Shown here piece after piece: positions 26,761-37,274 of a DNA stretch of 64,000 bases. Both the position numbers and the translations under genes were made by a program. Source of the DNA: Polyangiaceae bacterium (GTDB lineage: Bacteria; Myxococcota_A; Polyangia; Polyangiales; Polyangiaceae). The stretch is from contig JANRKO010000047.1 of assembly GCA_033763455.1 (NCBI GenBank), positions 96,001 to 160,000 on the forward strand, given 5' to 3'. The notes below the pieces were generated by a model, which saw nothing but the letters and a program-made list of their open reading frames with translations, did not search any database and had not been told where the DNA came from. How positions within the stretch are numbered: the first letter of the stretch is position 1; each line of letters begins with the position of its first letter.

Positions 26761-28863
26761 ATGCGGCGCCCTCACCCACAAAACCCCTTGTTCCCCTCGT
26801 GGCCGGCGGGGGTCGTTTTGGTTGCTGCTCTCGGTGGGATGGCCTGCGTTCCAAAGGTCTCGGTGGATGAACGCGAAGCTTTACCAGAGATGGTTACCCC
26901 CGTGCCGAGCGGTATCGATTTCGGTTCCGGCACCGGAATGAACCCCGACGTGAATCTGGATCCGTATGCTTTGCTCGGCATCCAGCCCAACCACGGCCCG
27001 TTTTCCGGCGGGCAGCTGGCCATCTTACGCGGTAACGGGTTCACTCCTGAAGCACGGGTCTGGATTGGTGGTGAGGAGCTACCCAAGCAAAACGTCCAAC
27101 CTGTGGATTCCAAGCGGCTTCAGATCGTGATCCCAGCTGGCTCTCCCGGGCCAGTAGATGTGGCGACGCAGAATGGAGACGCCACCGAATCCCGACGCAC
27201 ACTCGTGCGGGGCTACACTTTCGACACCTTCGTGGTGTCGCCCGATCTCGGTCCCACCGCGGGTGGTACGGAGGTCCGTTTGCAGGGCAAAGGCACGGCC
27301 TGGAACGACACCACTCAAGTGTACGTCGATGCCAAGCCTTGTTCTTCGGTCCGTGCCGTGAGCGCAGAGGAACTCGTTTGCGTTACTCCGCCCGGTAGCA
27401 CCGGGGCTAAACCCGTTAGCGTGCAAACGTCTGATGGCGTCGCCGTTGATGTCGTCGACGCGTTTGCCTACTCAGACAGTAAGACGAATTTTCGCGGCGG
27501 CCTGAGTGGCAATGCCCTGAACGGCAAGCTGGAAGTATTGGTTCTAGATCGGAACATGGGCACACCCCTCGCTGGCGCCGCGGTGGTGGTGGGTTCCGCA
27601 CAGAAGCCAGCAGATGCGACGGGGCGAGCCGTTTTTGAGGGCCCGGAGTTGCTCACCGCACAGCCCGTTACGGTAGCGGCTAAGTGCTACCAGCCGATGA
27701 CATTCGCACAGGTTCCTGTGGAAACCGCGACGATTTACCTAGATCCGGTGCTCTCCCCCGCGTGCGGCATGCCGGACGACGTACGGCTCACGGGCGGCGC
27801 GTCTATCTATACGGAGAGCGTCGAAGGTGAGCTCTTCTGGCCGGATGTCCGTGAATTTCAAGCGGGTGGCTGGACGAATGTTCCTACACCCAAGAACACG
27901 GACGAACAGCGTGCCGCGTACGTTTTCCCACTAGCAACGGATCCAGCAACTCCGTTCGTGCTACCCGAAACCTACGACGCTGTCACCCCTTCAGATCTAA
28001 CAAACTCAGGTTATCGCTTCTCCCTACGCAGCTATCCGGACACCGTCACTCTGTACGCTTTAGCAGGTATCGAGAATCGCAAGCTCACCCCTCCCCTCTT
28101 TATTCCGTATGCGATGGGCATCACGCGCGGGGTAAAGGTCGAGCCGGAACAAACCAAATCAGAGGTGTTCCTGGCCATGAGCATCCCCATCGATCAGGGG
28201 CTCAATCTGCAAGTTGCTGGCCCTGAGGTTACCTCGCGGGGGCCGAATCGAATGGACGCGTCGGTGGCGGTGGGGATCCCGGGGCAGGGCTACGTGATCC
28301 TACCTGGCGCTCGCCAAAAGGGCTTATATCCTACCGTTTCGCCCCTCAGCATCGTTGGCCTACCGCCACTCGTGGATCGTTTGAGTGGCTCCACGTATGT
28401 GGCCACTGCCACCGTCTACACGGGCGAAAGTGGCGGAGTTCCACGCTCGCGAGGCGCGCTCTTGGAAACACCAGTATCCGGCCAATTGCTCACGCTGGAC
28501 CGGTTTGTGCAAATCCCCAACGTCACAGCGCCACTCCCCAATACTGCCTGGAATGGTCGCTCTATCAGCTTGGATTGGGCGAACGGTAATACCGAAGCAG
28601 ATTTGCTGGTGCTCGACATCTCGAGCGGCGGAGGGCTCGTGCACTGGACGGTGGTGGTCCCTGGGGGCACAAAAACGATCGAGCTGCCGGATCTGCGATC
28701 GATCTCCACTGACCTTGGCATACTCCCTGGGGGCATCACGCTCAAAGTGTCGGCTGCAAGCATCGAGAACTTCCAGTACGGTAAATTCAGCTACGGGGAC
28801 CTCTCAGCGCGATCGTGGGCGGCCTACGCCGTCGATGTGGTCGATAGGCGTTACTCGCCTTAA
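26761..28863 (+). CDS. IPT/TIG-domain lipoprotein
   Basis: Lipobox GMAC; two IPT repeats (P.HGP.SGGQ...LRGNGF and P.LGPTAGGTEVRLQG). Confidence 0.82.
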   Translation: MRRPHPQNPLFPSWPAGVVLVAALGGMACVPKVSVDEREALPEMVTPVPSGIDFGSGTGMNPDVNLDPYALLGIQPNHGPFSGGQLAILRGNGFTPEARVWIGGEELPKQNVQPVDSKRLQIVIPAGSPGPVDVATQNGDATESRRTLVRGYTFDTFVVSPDLGPTAGGTEVRLQGKGTAWNDTTQVYVDAKPCSSVRAVSAEELVCVTPPGSTGAKPVSVQTSDGVAVDVVDAFAYSDSKTNFRGGLSGNALNGKLEVLVLDRNMGTPLAGAAVVVGSAQKPADATGRAVFEGPELLTAQPVTVAAKCYQPMTFAQVPVETATIYLDPVLSPACGMPDDVRLTGGASIYTESVEGELFWPDVREFQAGGWTNVPTPKNTDEQRAAYVFPLATDPATPFVLPETYDAVTPSDLTNSGYRFSLRSYPDTVTLYALAGIENRKLTPPLFIPYAMGITRGVKVEPEQTKSEVFLAMSIPIDQGLNLQVAGPEVTSRGPNRMDASVAVGIPGQGYVILPGARQKGLYPTVSPLSIVGLPPLVDRLSGSTYVATATVYTGESGGVPRSRGALLETPVSGQLLTLDRFVQIPNVTAPLPNTAWNGRSISLDWANGNTEADLLVLDISSGGGLVHWTVVVPGGTKTIELPDLRSISTDLGILPGGITLKVSAASIENFQYGKFSYGDLSARSWAAYAVDVVDRRYSP

Positions 28864-28871
28864 ATCCTGAC

Positions 28872-31010
28872 ATGGCGCTGGGCGTGAAGATCCAAAGCTC
28901 AAGGTTGCACACCTTTCGGGTCCTCGGGGGCACCTTGCTGCTGTTGCTCGCCTTCATCGGCGGCTCAAGTTGCGACTTCGATCGGCAAGATCGCTGGCTC
29001 ACCTCAAAGCCTGCGCGAGCCCCCGAATGCGTTCCCGGAACGTTGCGATGCTCTTCAGATCGCCTCGAACGCTGCGAAGGGCCGGCTGATTCGGCGAAGT
29101 TTGCGCTGCGCGAAGCGTGCGGGCAAAGCGGAAAGATCTGCGCGCCCAGCCTGCTTCAGTGCTCCCAGTGTATTCCGGGAGAACAGAAGTGCGATGGGCA
29201 AACCATCATCAAGTGCGACGCTGATGGCGGGGCTTTCACTCCCGGGGAAACCTGCGACACGGCCCAAGGTGCCGCCTGCCGGGGCGGAACGTGCACACCG
29301 CTATGTGCCCAAGCCAGCGAGCGCCGCAGCAACGTGGGTTGTGAATATTGGGGCGTTGATCTCGATAACGCCAACGTTAGGAGCCGCAATGTTGACCGCA
29401 TTGCGAACGCTGCCGCGCAGCAGTTTGCAATAGTTGTCAGTAACATTCAGCCAGATGTCACGGCCACGGTACTGGTCGAACGCGACGATAGCGCGATTTC
29501 TGGCCCCGGCAGTCCCGTGCGTGTGGTCGAGCAAAAGATCGCCCCCATGAGCTTGTTTGTCTTCAAATTGGGGCCCCGAGAGGTGGATGGCTCCCCGCCC
29601 GGTGAGTTCGACACCGGCACCCACACGGCGCTCACTCGCCACGCTTACCGCGTCACCTCTAACTTTCCGGTCGTCGCTTACCAATTCAACCCACTTGAGA
29701 ACGTGGACGTCTTCTCTAACGACGCGTCGCTTTTAAAGCCGGTGGAGGCGCTCAGCATGCCCGGTACACCAGGCGAATTGGTGGATTCCTACGTCGTACT
29801 AGGCTGGCCAGAAACCATCGGCTCTTCGGAGGATCGCAACACCAATTTCGATCCCGAGACGCCGGTGAATTTGCGCTCATTTCTAACGATCGTCGGCACG
29901 CGTCCCAACACCCGAGTAAAAATTCAAACCCGCGCACGCATCGTGCCCGGCGGCCCAGTACTCGACACACCGGTTGGCGGCATTGTGGAGCAAACGCTAG
30001 AGCCGTTTGATGTGCTCAACCTGGAAACGGGGCAATTTGGTGCGGATTTTACGGGCTCCGTGATCAGCGCGGACGCACCCGTCGTCGTCTTTAGTGGCAG
30101 CGAAGCGGCGGATGTTCCCCTCTTCTCTACCCTCTCCTCGCGCCGCTGTTGTGCGGACCACCTCGAAGAACAGCTAGATCCGATCCGGACGGCAGGCACG
30201 AGCTTTGTTGCCGCAGTTTCTCCAAGCCGTTCACGTGCCCTCCAAAACGCTGGAGCCGGTGTCGAAGAGGTAGCGCAATCCGAGGTTTTTCGAGTCGTCG
30301 CCGTCAATGAAAAGGGCGCGGAAATCACCACCACGCTCGCCCCCGATGGCCCCGCGACGATCAGTTTGAAAGCCCGCGGAGATTACGCCGACATTGTGGC
30401 CTCCAGAAACTTCATTTTAACTAGCTCTTTGCCAGTAATGCTTGGAGCTTTTTCGCCGAGTGCCGAGGCCGCCGGTATTTTAGGCAATCAGCCCGGGGGT
30501 GATCCGAGCTTTGTGATCGTGCCACCCACCGTGCAGTTTCGTTCGTCGTACGTGTTCCTAACGCCCGACAAGTACAACTTCGACTTCGCCCAAATCATTG
30601 CTCCGTTGGGCACCGAAGTAGCCTTGGATCGGCAACCCATCAGTAGTATCCCAGGTTGCCAAAGCTCAACCGCTGATGGTTTACCGAGCGCTGATGCCGG
30701 GGGGCCCATGGGGCCGGGTGCCTTGGATTTGGGGCTGGGCGGCCTAGGAGTGTCCGCTTCAGCCCTCAGGGTGTACACGTGCCAGCTGAGCTTTCCACGA
30801 ATTGATGAAACCAACCAAAGCGGCACGTGTCCCGAAGTATCCGGCGCAGCACCAAGCGGCGACGGCCGAGTGTGTCCAGGCCTCCAGAATGATGGCGTGC
30901 ACGTTCTTGAGGCGAGTACCCCGGTGGGCCTCTTGGTGAGCGGATTCGATGCCTATGTGAGTTATGGATACGCGGGTGGCACCGAGCTTTCCGTCATCGT
31001 GCCGAGGTAA
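28872..31010 (+). CDS. IgGFc-binding-domain-like secreted lipoprotein with a Cys-rich N-terminus
   Basis: SNVGCEYW..DLDN, PVVAYQFNPL, SNDASLL.P, DFTGS.I.AD.PV.VFSG, DHLEEQ, GDPS, SYGYAGG. Confidence 0.78.
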   Translation: MALGVKIQSSRLHTFRVLGGTLLLLLAFIGGSSCDFDRQDRWLTSKPARAPECVPGTLRCSSDRLERCEGPADSAKFALREACGQSGKICAPSLLQCSQCIPGEQKCDGQTIIKCDADGGAFTPGETCDTAQGAACRGGTCTPLCAQASERRSNVGCEYWGVDLDNANVRSRNVDRIANAAAQQFAIVVSNIQPDVTATVLVERDDSAISGPGSPVRVVEQKIAPMSLFVFKLGPREVDGSPPGEFDTGTHTALTRHAYRVTSNFPVVAYQFNPLENVDVFSNDASLLKPVEALSMPGTPGELVDSYVVLGWPETIGSSEDRNTNFDPETPVNLRSFLTIVGTRPNTRVKIQTRARIVPGGPVLDTPVGGIVEQTLEPFDVLNLETGQFGADFTGSVISADAPVVVFSGSEAADVPLFSTLSSRRCCADHLEEQLDPIRTAGTSFVAAVSPSRSRALQNAGAGVEEVAQSEVFRVVAVNEKGAEITTTLAPDGPATISLKARGDYADIVASRNFILTSSLPVMLGAFSPSAEAAGILGNQPGGDPSFVIVPPTVQFRSSYVFLTPDKYNFDFAQIIAPLGTEVALDRQPISSIPGCQSSTADGLPSADAGGPMGPGALDLGLGGLGVSASALRVYTCQLSFPRIDETNQSGTCPEVSGAAPSGDGRVCPGLQNDGVHVLEASTPVGLLVSGFDAYVSYGYAGGTELSVIVPR

Positions 31011-32928
31011 GCGGGAGCGGAGCGGTGATGGGCGTGAACTCCGGTGCGCTTGAGGCATTCGCTGCCGTCGCCTCGAACAACGGCCAAGGTTTGAGCAGTG
31101 GCACCGCGGCACCTGGCCCACTCTGCTTGTAGGCGCGTTCACACTCAGCGATAGAGAGCCGGCGGGGCCCGAAAATTGTCGGATCCGAAGCATCAGCGTC
31201 CATCAAGCTGGTGGCCTTATCGACTCCGAAATCATCGGGGTGCCCTGGCATATCGAGCAATACATGCCCAAGCTCATGGGCGAGCGCAAACGATCGGGAG
31301 CCCGCCAACATCCCGGCACGATCCACAATCACAACGTTCTGAATACTGGCACCATCTCCGACAATGAAAGATTCGCCGATCCGCCCAGAGGACGCGAACG
31401 AAGGCACCACGTAGACATCTATGGTGGTAGGGTCTCCGTCGTCGAAGGCTTTGATAAGCGCACGTTCCTCAAGAGTGCCTGCACTCGCGTTAAAGTCGTT
31501 GAAGTGATGGAGCCCAGCTGCAAGATCTACCTGCCCCAAGCAAACGCTCAGGCTCCTATCTGAGCTGAGCGGATGTTGCGCGGAGCGGGAAATCTCCACA
31601 GGGCGCCCTTTGCGATCTCGAACCAGAAGGTCCACGGTCCGTAGGGCACCGGTCGCGATCGAAGCGTTGGGGCTCAGCGTAACCTGAAAGCCCTGCGCGC
31701 CGAGTTCTTGTGCCAAACGATGCGCTACGCTGGTGGGCGTTTGCTGCGGTTCCGTCTTGATTGAGATGGTGCGCTTCTCGACTGTGAAGTGAATTTCCCC
31801 GCCGCTTGCAGGTGCGCCGAGCTCGCACCCAACAGCCACTAGGGACGACACTGGAGGGTCGACGAGCTGAACGTCCATTTGGCCGGGTACGCCGAGGTGG
31901 ATGCCACATTGCCCCCACAAGGCCGTTGCCGCCTCCAACTCGGCTCGCCCCATTTGTAGCGCGCTTCGATCGTCCTCCCCGAGCGGTGGCGCACCGCCGC
32001 GCGTCTGTCGAACAAGCCTTAACCGCACTGTCGCTCGTAGCCGCCCCACCTCTCCGAGAGAGCTATTGCGGGGGCCACCCACGCGCAAAGATGCTGCCTT
32101 GTCCCCGCCAACATAAACCGAGAGCCTGCCGCCCACCTCAGCGCGCAGAGCGCTTTTTTGGAGACTCGGATGGTTGCGTTCCAGCGCATCGAAAGTTGCT
32201 CGAATTGGCGCCGTCTGCCGACACGCGAGGCCTTGGGATACGTTTTTCGGACAGGTGGCAGCCCCGAGTGGCACATCTTCTAACGCGTCGAGGGCATTAC
32301 CGTTGGGTCGCAGGGACACTAGCGTAATGAATTTCGGCAACGAAGCTTCACTCCCCACCAAAACCCACCTGAGCGCATCGGGATCTTCGGGTGTGCCAAA
32401 GTCCCCATTCTCCAACGATGGCGGCAACCCACGAGAGATCGAGGCATGCGAGGTCGCAAGATCTACTTTCTCACCACGAGCATCTAACGCCATAACCTCG
32501 ATGGCGCTCGCTCGAATGGCGACTCCCTCGATCTGTAGCGCAGAATCACCAGGCTTGAGGGCCTGGAGGCCCAACCGCACATGGGGGCCAACGCTTTCGA
32601 GCATCGGCAGTGGTCGGTCTCCAGCGATCAACCGTATGCCAGGGTCCAACATTGTCTTGGCAGTGCCGTCGCGACCCGAGAGCCAACGCACATCAGTCGC
32701 GGCGCGCAAAGTCAACGTCGAGGAAACGCCATCCGCCACACCGTTGTCGTCGTCATCGTCGTTGTCGACGAACAGCTTGAGCTCCACCGGGGTGCCCCCA
32801 TCTGCCAGAACCGAACCTGGGTGCAGAGCCGTAAGAGCGAAGGCTGACACGAACCCGAAGAGGCGACTTCGCAAGAATCGGCCGGGCTCAGGGGGAGCTT
32901 TCATGCCGCTCTTTGTTGGTCGATCCAT
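30994..32928 (-). CDS. Secreted protein with a C-terminal zinc-metallopeptidase-like motif
   Basis: Signal-like N-terminus; acidic VDNDDDDDNG motif; LAHELGHVLLDMPGH followed by SLM; start uncertain. Confidence 0.7.
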   Translation of the reverse strand: MDRPTKSGMKAPPEPGRFLRSRLFGFVSAFALTALHPGSVLADGGTPVELKLFVDNDDDDDNGVADGVSSTLTLRAATDVRWLSGRDGTAKTMLDPGIRLIAGDRPLPMLESVGPHVRLGLQALKPGDSALQIEGVAIRASAIEVMALDARGEKVDLATSHASISRGLPPSLENGDFGTPEDPDALRWVLVGSEASLPKFITLVSLRPNGNALDALEDVPLGAATCPKNVSQGLACRQTAPIRATFDALERNHPSLQKSALRAEVGGRLSVYVGGDKAASLRVGGPRNSSLGEVGRLRATVRLRLVRQTRGGAPPLGEDDRSALQMGRAELEAATALWGQCGIHLGVPGQMDVQLVDPPVSSLVAVGCELGAPASGGEIHFTVEKRTISIKTEPQQTPTSVAHRLAQELGAQGFQVTLSPNASIATGALRTVDLLVRDRKGRPVEISRSAQHPLSSDRSLSVCLGQVDLAAGLHHFNDFNASAGTLEERALIKAFDDGDPTTIDVYVVPSFASSGRIGESFIVGDGASIQNVVIVDRAGMLAGSRSFALAHELGHVLLDMPGHPDDFGVDKATSLMDADASDPTIFGPRRLSIAECERAYKQSGPGAAVPLLKPWPLFEATAANASSAPEFTPITAPLPLTSAR

Positions 32929-33535
32929 TCAAGCTGAATCCGGCAAAATGGTGGGTGTTAGATTAAGTGTGAACTCGAATGCTCTACTTCGCTAGTAAAC
33001 AGGCCAACTGAAGCAAGGGTGAGGAAGCGCCTACCGCTGAATAGATCTGAAGCAAAGGTGAGAGCTCGCTTCCGCTCACCTACTTCCGGCAATACAACAC
33101 CTGCGAGGCCTTAAAGATCTGCCTCTCAAAGTTCAATTACGGGCGAACAGCGGCAAGGGTTTACAGAATTCGACACTTTCGGATTATTTTTGACTCCGAA
33201 CGCCGTGCTATTTGCGGCTTGCAGCGCCGTTCTCGTTGTCGAAGGAAATCTTCGAGCGAACGGCTCCCCGCCGAAACACGACGCGCACCAATGGGAAACA
33301 AGAACGCTCTATCATCTTTCGAACCCAGTTGATGCCTTGGACCGCAGATCACCTCCAGTGTGGGACGCGAGCGGTGCCGGCCTGGCCTCCCGCGTCGGCG
33401 TGTAGGTGCACCCAAGGGTTGCCTTCACTCGGCGGGCCGAGCTCGATGCAGTGGAGAAGGCCCCGGTTTTAGCTAGGCGAGTTGACCCGGATGCCCAGGG
33501 AAACTACTGAAGGGCGGCTGTCGACGGAGAAATTC

Positions 33536-34015
33536 ATGCACTTCAAAACTTCAATGGTTCTCGCCCTCCTTGCTGCCCTCACGGCTAACGCGTGTAAGAA
33601 GAACGAAGAGCAGCCTCCTCCCCAGCAGGGCGGGTATCAGCAGGGCCAACCTGGTTATGGCCAACAGCCTCAGCCCGGCTACGGCCAGCAGCCCCAGCCT
33701 GGTTATGGCCAGCAACCTCAGCCCGGGTATGGCCAGCAGCCTCAACCTGGCTATGGCCAGCAGCCCCAGCCCGGCTACGGCCAGCAGCCCCAACCTGGTC
33801 CCGTCGCCCCGGCTCCAATGTCAAAGCCTGCCGATGCAGCGCTGGCGTGCCAGTCTGATGCTCAGTGCCTCACGCACCGTTGCAACACCCAATACGGCAA
33901 GTGCGCTTGGCCCTGCCAGAGCAACAACGACTGCATGCCTGGCAATCAGTGTGTAGCAGCAGTTGGCGGCTGCATGCCTCAGATCCCTCAGGTGGCTCCG
34001 CCCCCGCAGCAGTGA
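33536..34015 (+). CDS. Lipoprotein with a (PGYGQQPQ)6 repeat and a Cys-rich C-terminus
   Basis: GGAG RBS; lipobox ANAC; 24 nt repeats; two C-x-S-(D/N)-x-x-C modules. Confidence 0.88.
   Translation: MHFKTSMVLALLAALTANACKKNEEQPPPQQGGYQQGQPGYGQQPQPGYGQQPQPGYGQQPQPGYGQQPQPGYGQQPQPGYGQQPQPGPVAPAPMSKPADAALACQSDAQCLTHRCNTQYGKCAWPCQSNNDCMPGNQCVAAVGGCMPQIPQVAPPPQQ
33650..33793 (+). repeat. Coding 24 bp tandem repeat x6
   Basis: Units CCYGGNTAYGGCCARCARCCYCAR differ only at synonymous positions. Confidence 0.95.
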
Positions 34016-34072
34016 ACGAGCGGCTAACCCTTTCAAGGGTGGACGTTCGTGAGCAGCGGCCCTAGGCCAGAG

Positions 34073-34756
34073 TCACGCCCTTCCCCCCATAGCTAGCTCT
34101 TCAAGCAAGGCTTCCGCACCGCCATCCCAGGCTGCACCTTGCACGGCAACACCGTCTGCGCCCGCGTGCAAGCACGCCTGCGCCAAGCCCGCCCGAACAC
34201 CACCCAGCGCGAAAACCAGCGGCCTCTCGCGCGGATCAGGACAGCGTCCTTCTAGGTGCTTCTTTGCGCGAGCTAGCGTCGCAAAGCCAAGCGCCGAGCG
34301 CCCTTTACGCGCCTCAACAACGGGCGACAACAACCAAGCGAACGGACCAGGCCCCAGGCTCGCGACGTTGTGCGCCGCTTGGGTGAAGAACGGACAAGAC
34401 CCGCGGGCAAGGCCGGAAGCAGGCGACACCGACGGACTCTGGGAATAGAGTGCACGAGCAGCATCCAACGTGAAACTCCGCTCACCGAGATGCACACCGT
34501 CAGCGGCAAGAAGCGCGGCAAGGTCGAGCCTGTCGTTCACAATGAAGAGCGCGGAATAGCGGCGCGTAAGGTCGCGAAGGTCTTTGCCAATTTCCAGGCG
34601 GACACGCGCGGGAAGCGAATGGTCTCGAAGCTGGATCGCTACCGCACCAGGCCTGCTGTGGCGAACCAAAAGCTCGCTCTGCTGCAGCGTTTTCTCGACA
34701 CCAAAACGAGCAACATCTGTTATCGCCATTAGGCGGAGCTCACCCCGAGCTTTCAT
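34073..34756 (-). CDS. Thiamine-phosphate synthase family protein (ThiE/TenI-like)
   Basis: IQLRD, IVNDRLDLA..LAADGVHLG, VFALGGV, GADGVAV; divergent middle region. Confidence 0.8.
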   Translation of the reverse strand: MKARGELRLMAITDVARFGVEKTLQQSELLVRHSRPGAVAIQLRDHSLPARVRLEIGKDLRDLTRRYSALFIVNDRLDLAALLAADGVHLGERSFTLDAARALYSQSPSVSPASGLARGSCPFFTQAAHNVASLGPGPFAWLLSPVVEARKGRSALGFATLARAKKHLEGRCPDPRERPLVFALGGVRAGLAQACLHAGADGVAVQGAAWDGGAEALLEELAMGGRA

Positions 34757-35189
34757 GCGCCTTCTGAGCTGGGAATCTGTGGCGCCCAAGTGCCACGATT
34801 AGCCCCGTTCCGAGGAGCACCCCCAAAGCATCCGCGAGCAGATCTGCCCAGTCTCCAGAACGATACGGCAGAGCTGTTTGCCAGAGCTCAATGAAGCCCC
34901 CAAATGCCGTGCACCCCACGCCTGCAACCACAAGATTCATCCGTTCGGTCGCAAAAACGCGCTCATGCAGCAATGCTCGATGCACCAAGAGCTGCATGCC
35001 AAAAAAGGCAAGCGCATGTTGAACTTTATCGATAGAGAGCAGCGGCACGCCCACGCTGGGCACTATCGGAATCGAACAAGCGAAAAACACACCAAAAATG
35101 TAGAGCAGCGGCGGCCCATCAATGAGCAGGCGTTCCTTCCAGCTTCTTGGCACCTCGCTGGGTGGAGGGAGCGTGTCTGGATCGTTCAT
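34740..35189 (-). CDS. VanZ-family membrane protein
   Basis: DKVQHALAF, IELWQ..LPYRSGDWADLLADALG. Confidence 0.85.
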   Translation of the reverse strand: MNDPDTLPPPSEVPRSWKERLLIDGPPLLYIFGVFFACSIPIVPSVGVPLLSIDKVQHALAFFGMQLLVHRALLHERVFATERMNLVVAGVGCTAFGGFIELWQTALPYRSGDWADLLADALGVLLGTGLIVALGRHRFPAQKAHESSG

Positions 35190-35199
35190 TGAATGGACC

Positions 35200-36420
35200 T
35201 TAACGCTCCAAGGTAGCTGTTTGTTCCAACTCGCGCGCGTTCGTTTCCGGCATCCACACCCAGATCAGGATAACCGCCAATATCGGGAAGATGGCCGTGA
35301 GCCGAATCGCGTTCCCCCAGCCCCACTCGGAGGCCAGTGCACCCAGCGCTGCAGGAGAAAGCACGTAGCCGATACGGCCAAGCAGATTATTGGACCAAGC
35401 AAATGCCGCGCCCCGATGTTCGGTGGGGAACAGCTCGGTAGTGAACGCATTCAACACAGGGAGAACGGCACTTACTCCAAAAATCGACAACGCCACCGCC
35501 ACCGTCAGCGGCCACTGCCCATGGAGCGTGTAGCCGCCGAACACCCCGAGAGAAGTGAGTCCGAAGATGACCAATGCCCCACGGCGACGCCCCACCCTAT
35601 CCAAAAGGTGACCCGCAAAAAATACGAGCGGCATAGCGACCACCGCAGCGATTGTGATCACGGCCCCAACCTGAGCATCCGTCATCGATCGTTCCGCCAG
35701 TGCGAATTCCTTCCAAAAGACCACGGCGTTGTTCGTACAGAGGTAAGACAAGAACCAAATCAAGCCGAGCTTCATGACGCGGCCTCGGTACGGTGTGCGC
35801 CAGATGTCAAATAGCGAATGTGCGCGTTGTTCCGCCGTAGAAGCCGCGAAGCGCTCCGTTTCTTTTAAACCTCGCCGCGCGTACGCAATCAGCAAGAGCG
35901 GCACAATTCCGACGAAGTAGACGCTTCGCCAGCCGTAAGCGGTGTTCAGCAGAAGCGGAGCCACCCCGCCGCACACCACGGAGCCGAGTGACGACATAGC
36001 AACGACGACCCCCATCGCCGTTCCCCGACGCTCGGCGGAGAACTCCTCAGCCGCCACCACCATGCTGGTTGCCCATTCGCCAATAAGAAAGATCCGCCCA
36101 ATCATCTGAAACAGGGCGAACGAATAAACGTCCGGTGAAAGCCCGGATAGTACGGTAAATAACGTGTACCCCAGGATCGTAACCGTGAGCACTCGTTTGC
36201 GCCCCCAGCCGTCCGCGCGCCGCACGAAGAGATACGCGATCACCGTTCCAAGGTTGATGAACGCCGAAAGGAAGCCTCCCCCCGTTTCACCAAGCCCCAT
36301 GTCCGCCCGTAAATTGGGCAACACCATCGCAAACGCGTAGTGATCATACCCTTCAAAGAAGTTGGCAACGCCCAAAAATGCGAGCAGGCGCCGCTGGTAA
36401 GGAGTGAACCTGTTGCTCAT
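35200..36420 (-). CDS. MFS transporter
   Basis: [18 protein letters not shown]...[24 protein letters not shown]; about 12 TM segments. Confidence 0.93.
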   Translation of the reverse strand: MSNRFTPYQRRLLAFLGVANFFEGYDHYAFAMVLPNLRADMGLGETGGGFLSAFINLGTVIAYLFVRRADGWGRKRVLTVTILGYTLFTVLSGLSPDVYSFALFQMIGRIFLIGEWATSMVVAAEEFSAERRGTAMGVVVAMSSLGSVVCGGVAPLLLNTAYGWRSVYFVGIVPLLLIAYARRGLKETERFAASTAEQRAHSLFDIWRTPYRGRVMKLGLIWFLSYLCTNNAVVFWKEFALAERSMTDAQVGAVITIAAVVAMPLVFFAGHLLDRVGRRRGALVIFGLTSLGVFGGYTLHGQWPLTVAVALSIFGVSAVLPVLNAFTTELFPTEHRGAAFAWSNNLLGRIGYVLSPAALGALASEWGWGNAIRLTAIFPILAVILIWVWMPETNARELEQTATLER

Positions 36421-37205
36421 TCGATCAGCCCCACCGTGGGGCTCGAGGCGTTAGCGTAACGCTGAACTTGCATTCTACCGGCCAAAAATGCCTTGCGCCC
36501 CGCAGATATCGCCTCACGCATGGCCTCTGCCATGAGCACCGGCTTCTTCGCATGTGCAACGGCCGTATTGAGCAATACTCCGTGGGCGCCCAGCTCCATG
36601 GCGATGGCGGCGTCACTCGCTGTGCCGACGCCAGCATCGACGATGACGGGCACTTTGGCATTCTCAAGGATTAACTGCAGATTGTGCGGGTTGCGGATCC
36701 CGAGCCCGGAGCCAATGGGAGCAGCGAGCGGCATCACGGCGGCGCATCCAACGTCCTCCAGCTTGCGACACATGATGGGGTCATCGAAGCAATAGGGGAG
36801 CACCATGAAGCCCTCCTTCACCAAAATCTTGGCGGCTTCAAGCGTGGCTTCGTTGTCCGGATACAGTGTCTTCGGATCACCAATCACTTCCAACTTCACC
36901 AAATCCGCAATGCCGAGCTCCCGCGCTAGGCGCAGAGTTCGCACGGCATCGTCGGCGGTGTAACAGCCGGCCGTATTCGGCAAGATGGTCCAGCGCCCAC
37001 TGCGAAGGAGGCCCATCAGGGAGCCCTGCCGTTGATCTTTCAGATCGACACGACGCAGCGCAACCGTGACGACTTCGGCCCCCGAAGCCACTAGCGCCGC
37101 TTCCGTCTCCTCGACGTCTTTATACTTACCCGTGCCGATGAACAGGCGGGAGTGAAACGTGCGACCACCCACGGTGAGCAGATCGTCGAGAGAAGCTGCT
37201 GTCAT
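36417..37205 (-). CDS. thiG: Thiazole synthase
   Basis: [51 protein letters not shown]. Confidence 0.97.
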   Translation of the reverse strand: MTAASLDDLLTVGGRTFHSRLFIGTGKYKDVEETEAALVASGAEVVTVALRRVDLKDQRQGSLMGLLRSGRWTILPNTAGCYTADDAVRTLRLARELGIADLVKLEVIGDPKTLYPDNEATLEAAKILVKEGFMVLPYCFDDPIMCRKLEDVGCAAVMPLAAPIGSGLGIRNPHNLQLILENAKVPVIVDAGVGTASDAAIAMELGAHGVLLNTAVAHAKKPVLMAEAMREAISAGRKAFLAGRMQVQRYANASSPTVGLIE

Positions 37206-37274
37206 ACCCTCGGGCGTAACCCTTTGGGCCAAGGGGAGCAAGAGATCAGGGTGATTTGGGGCATTCCCCCCAAC

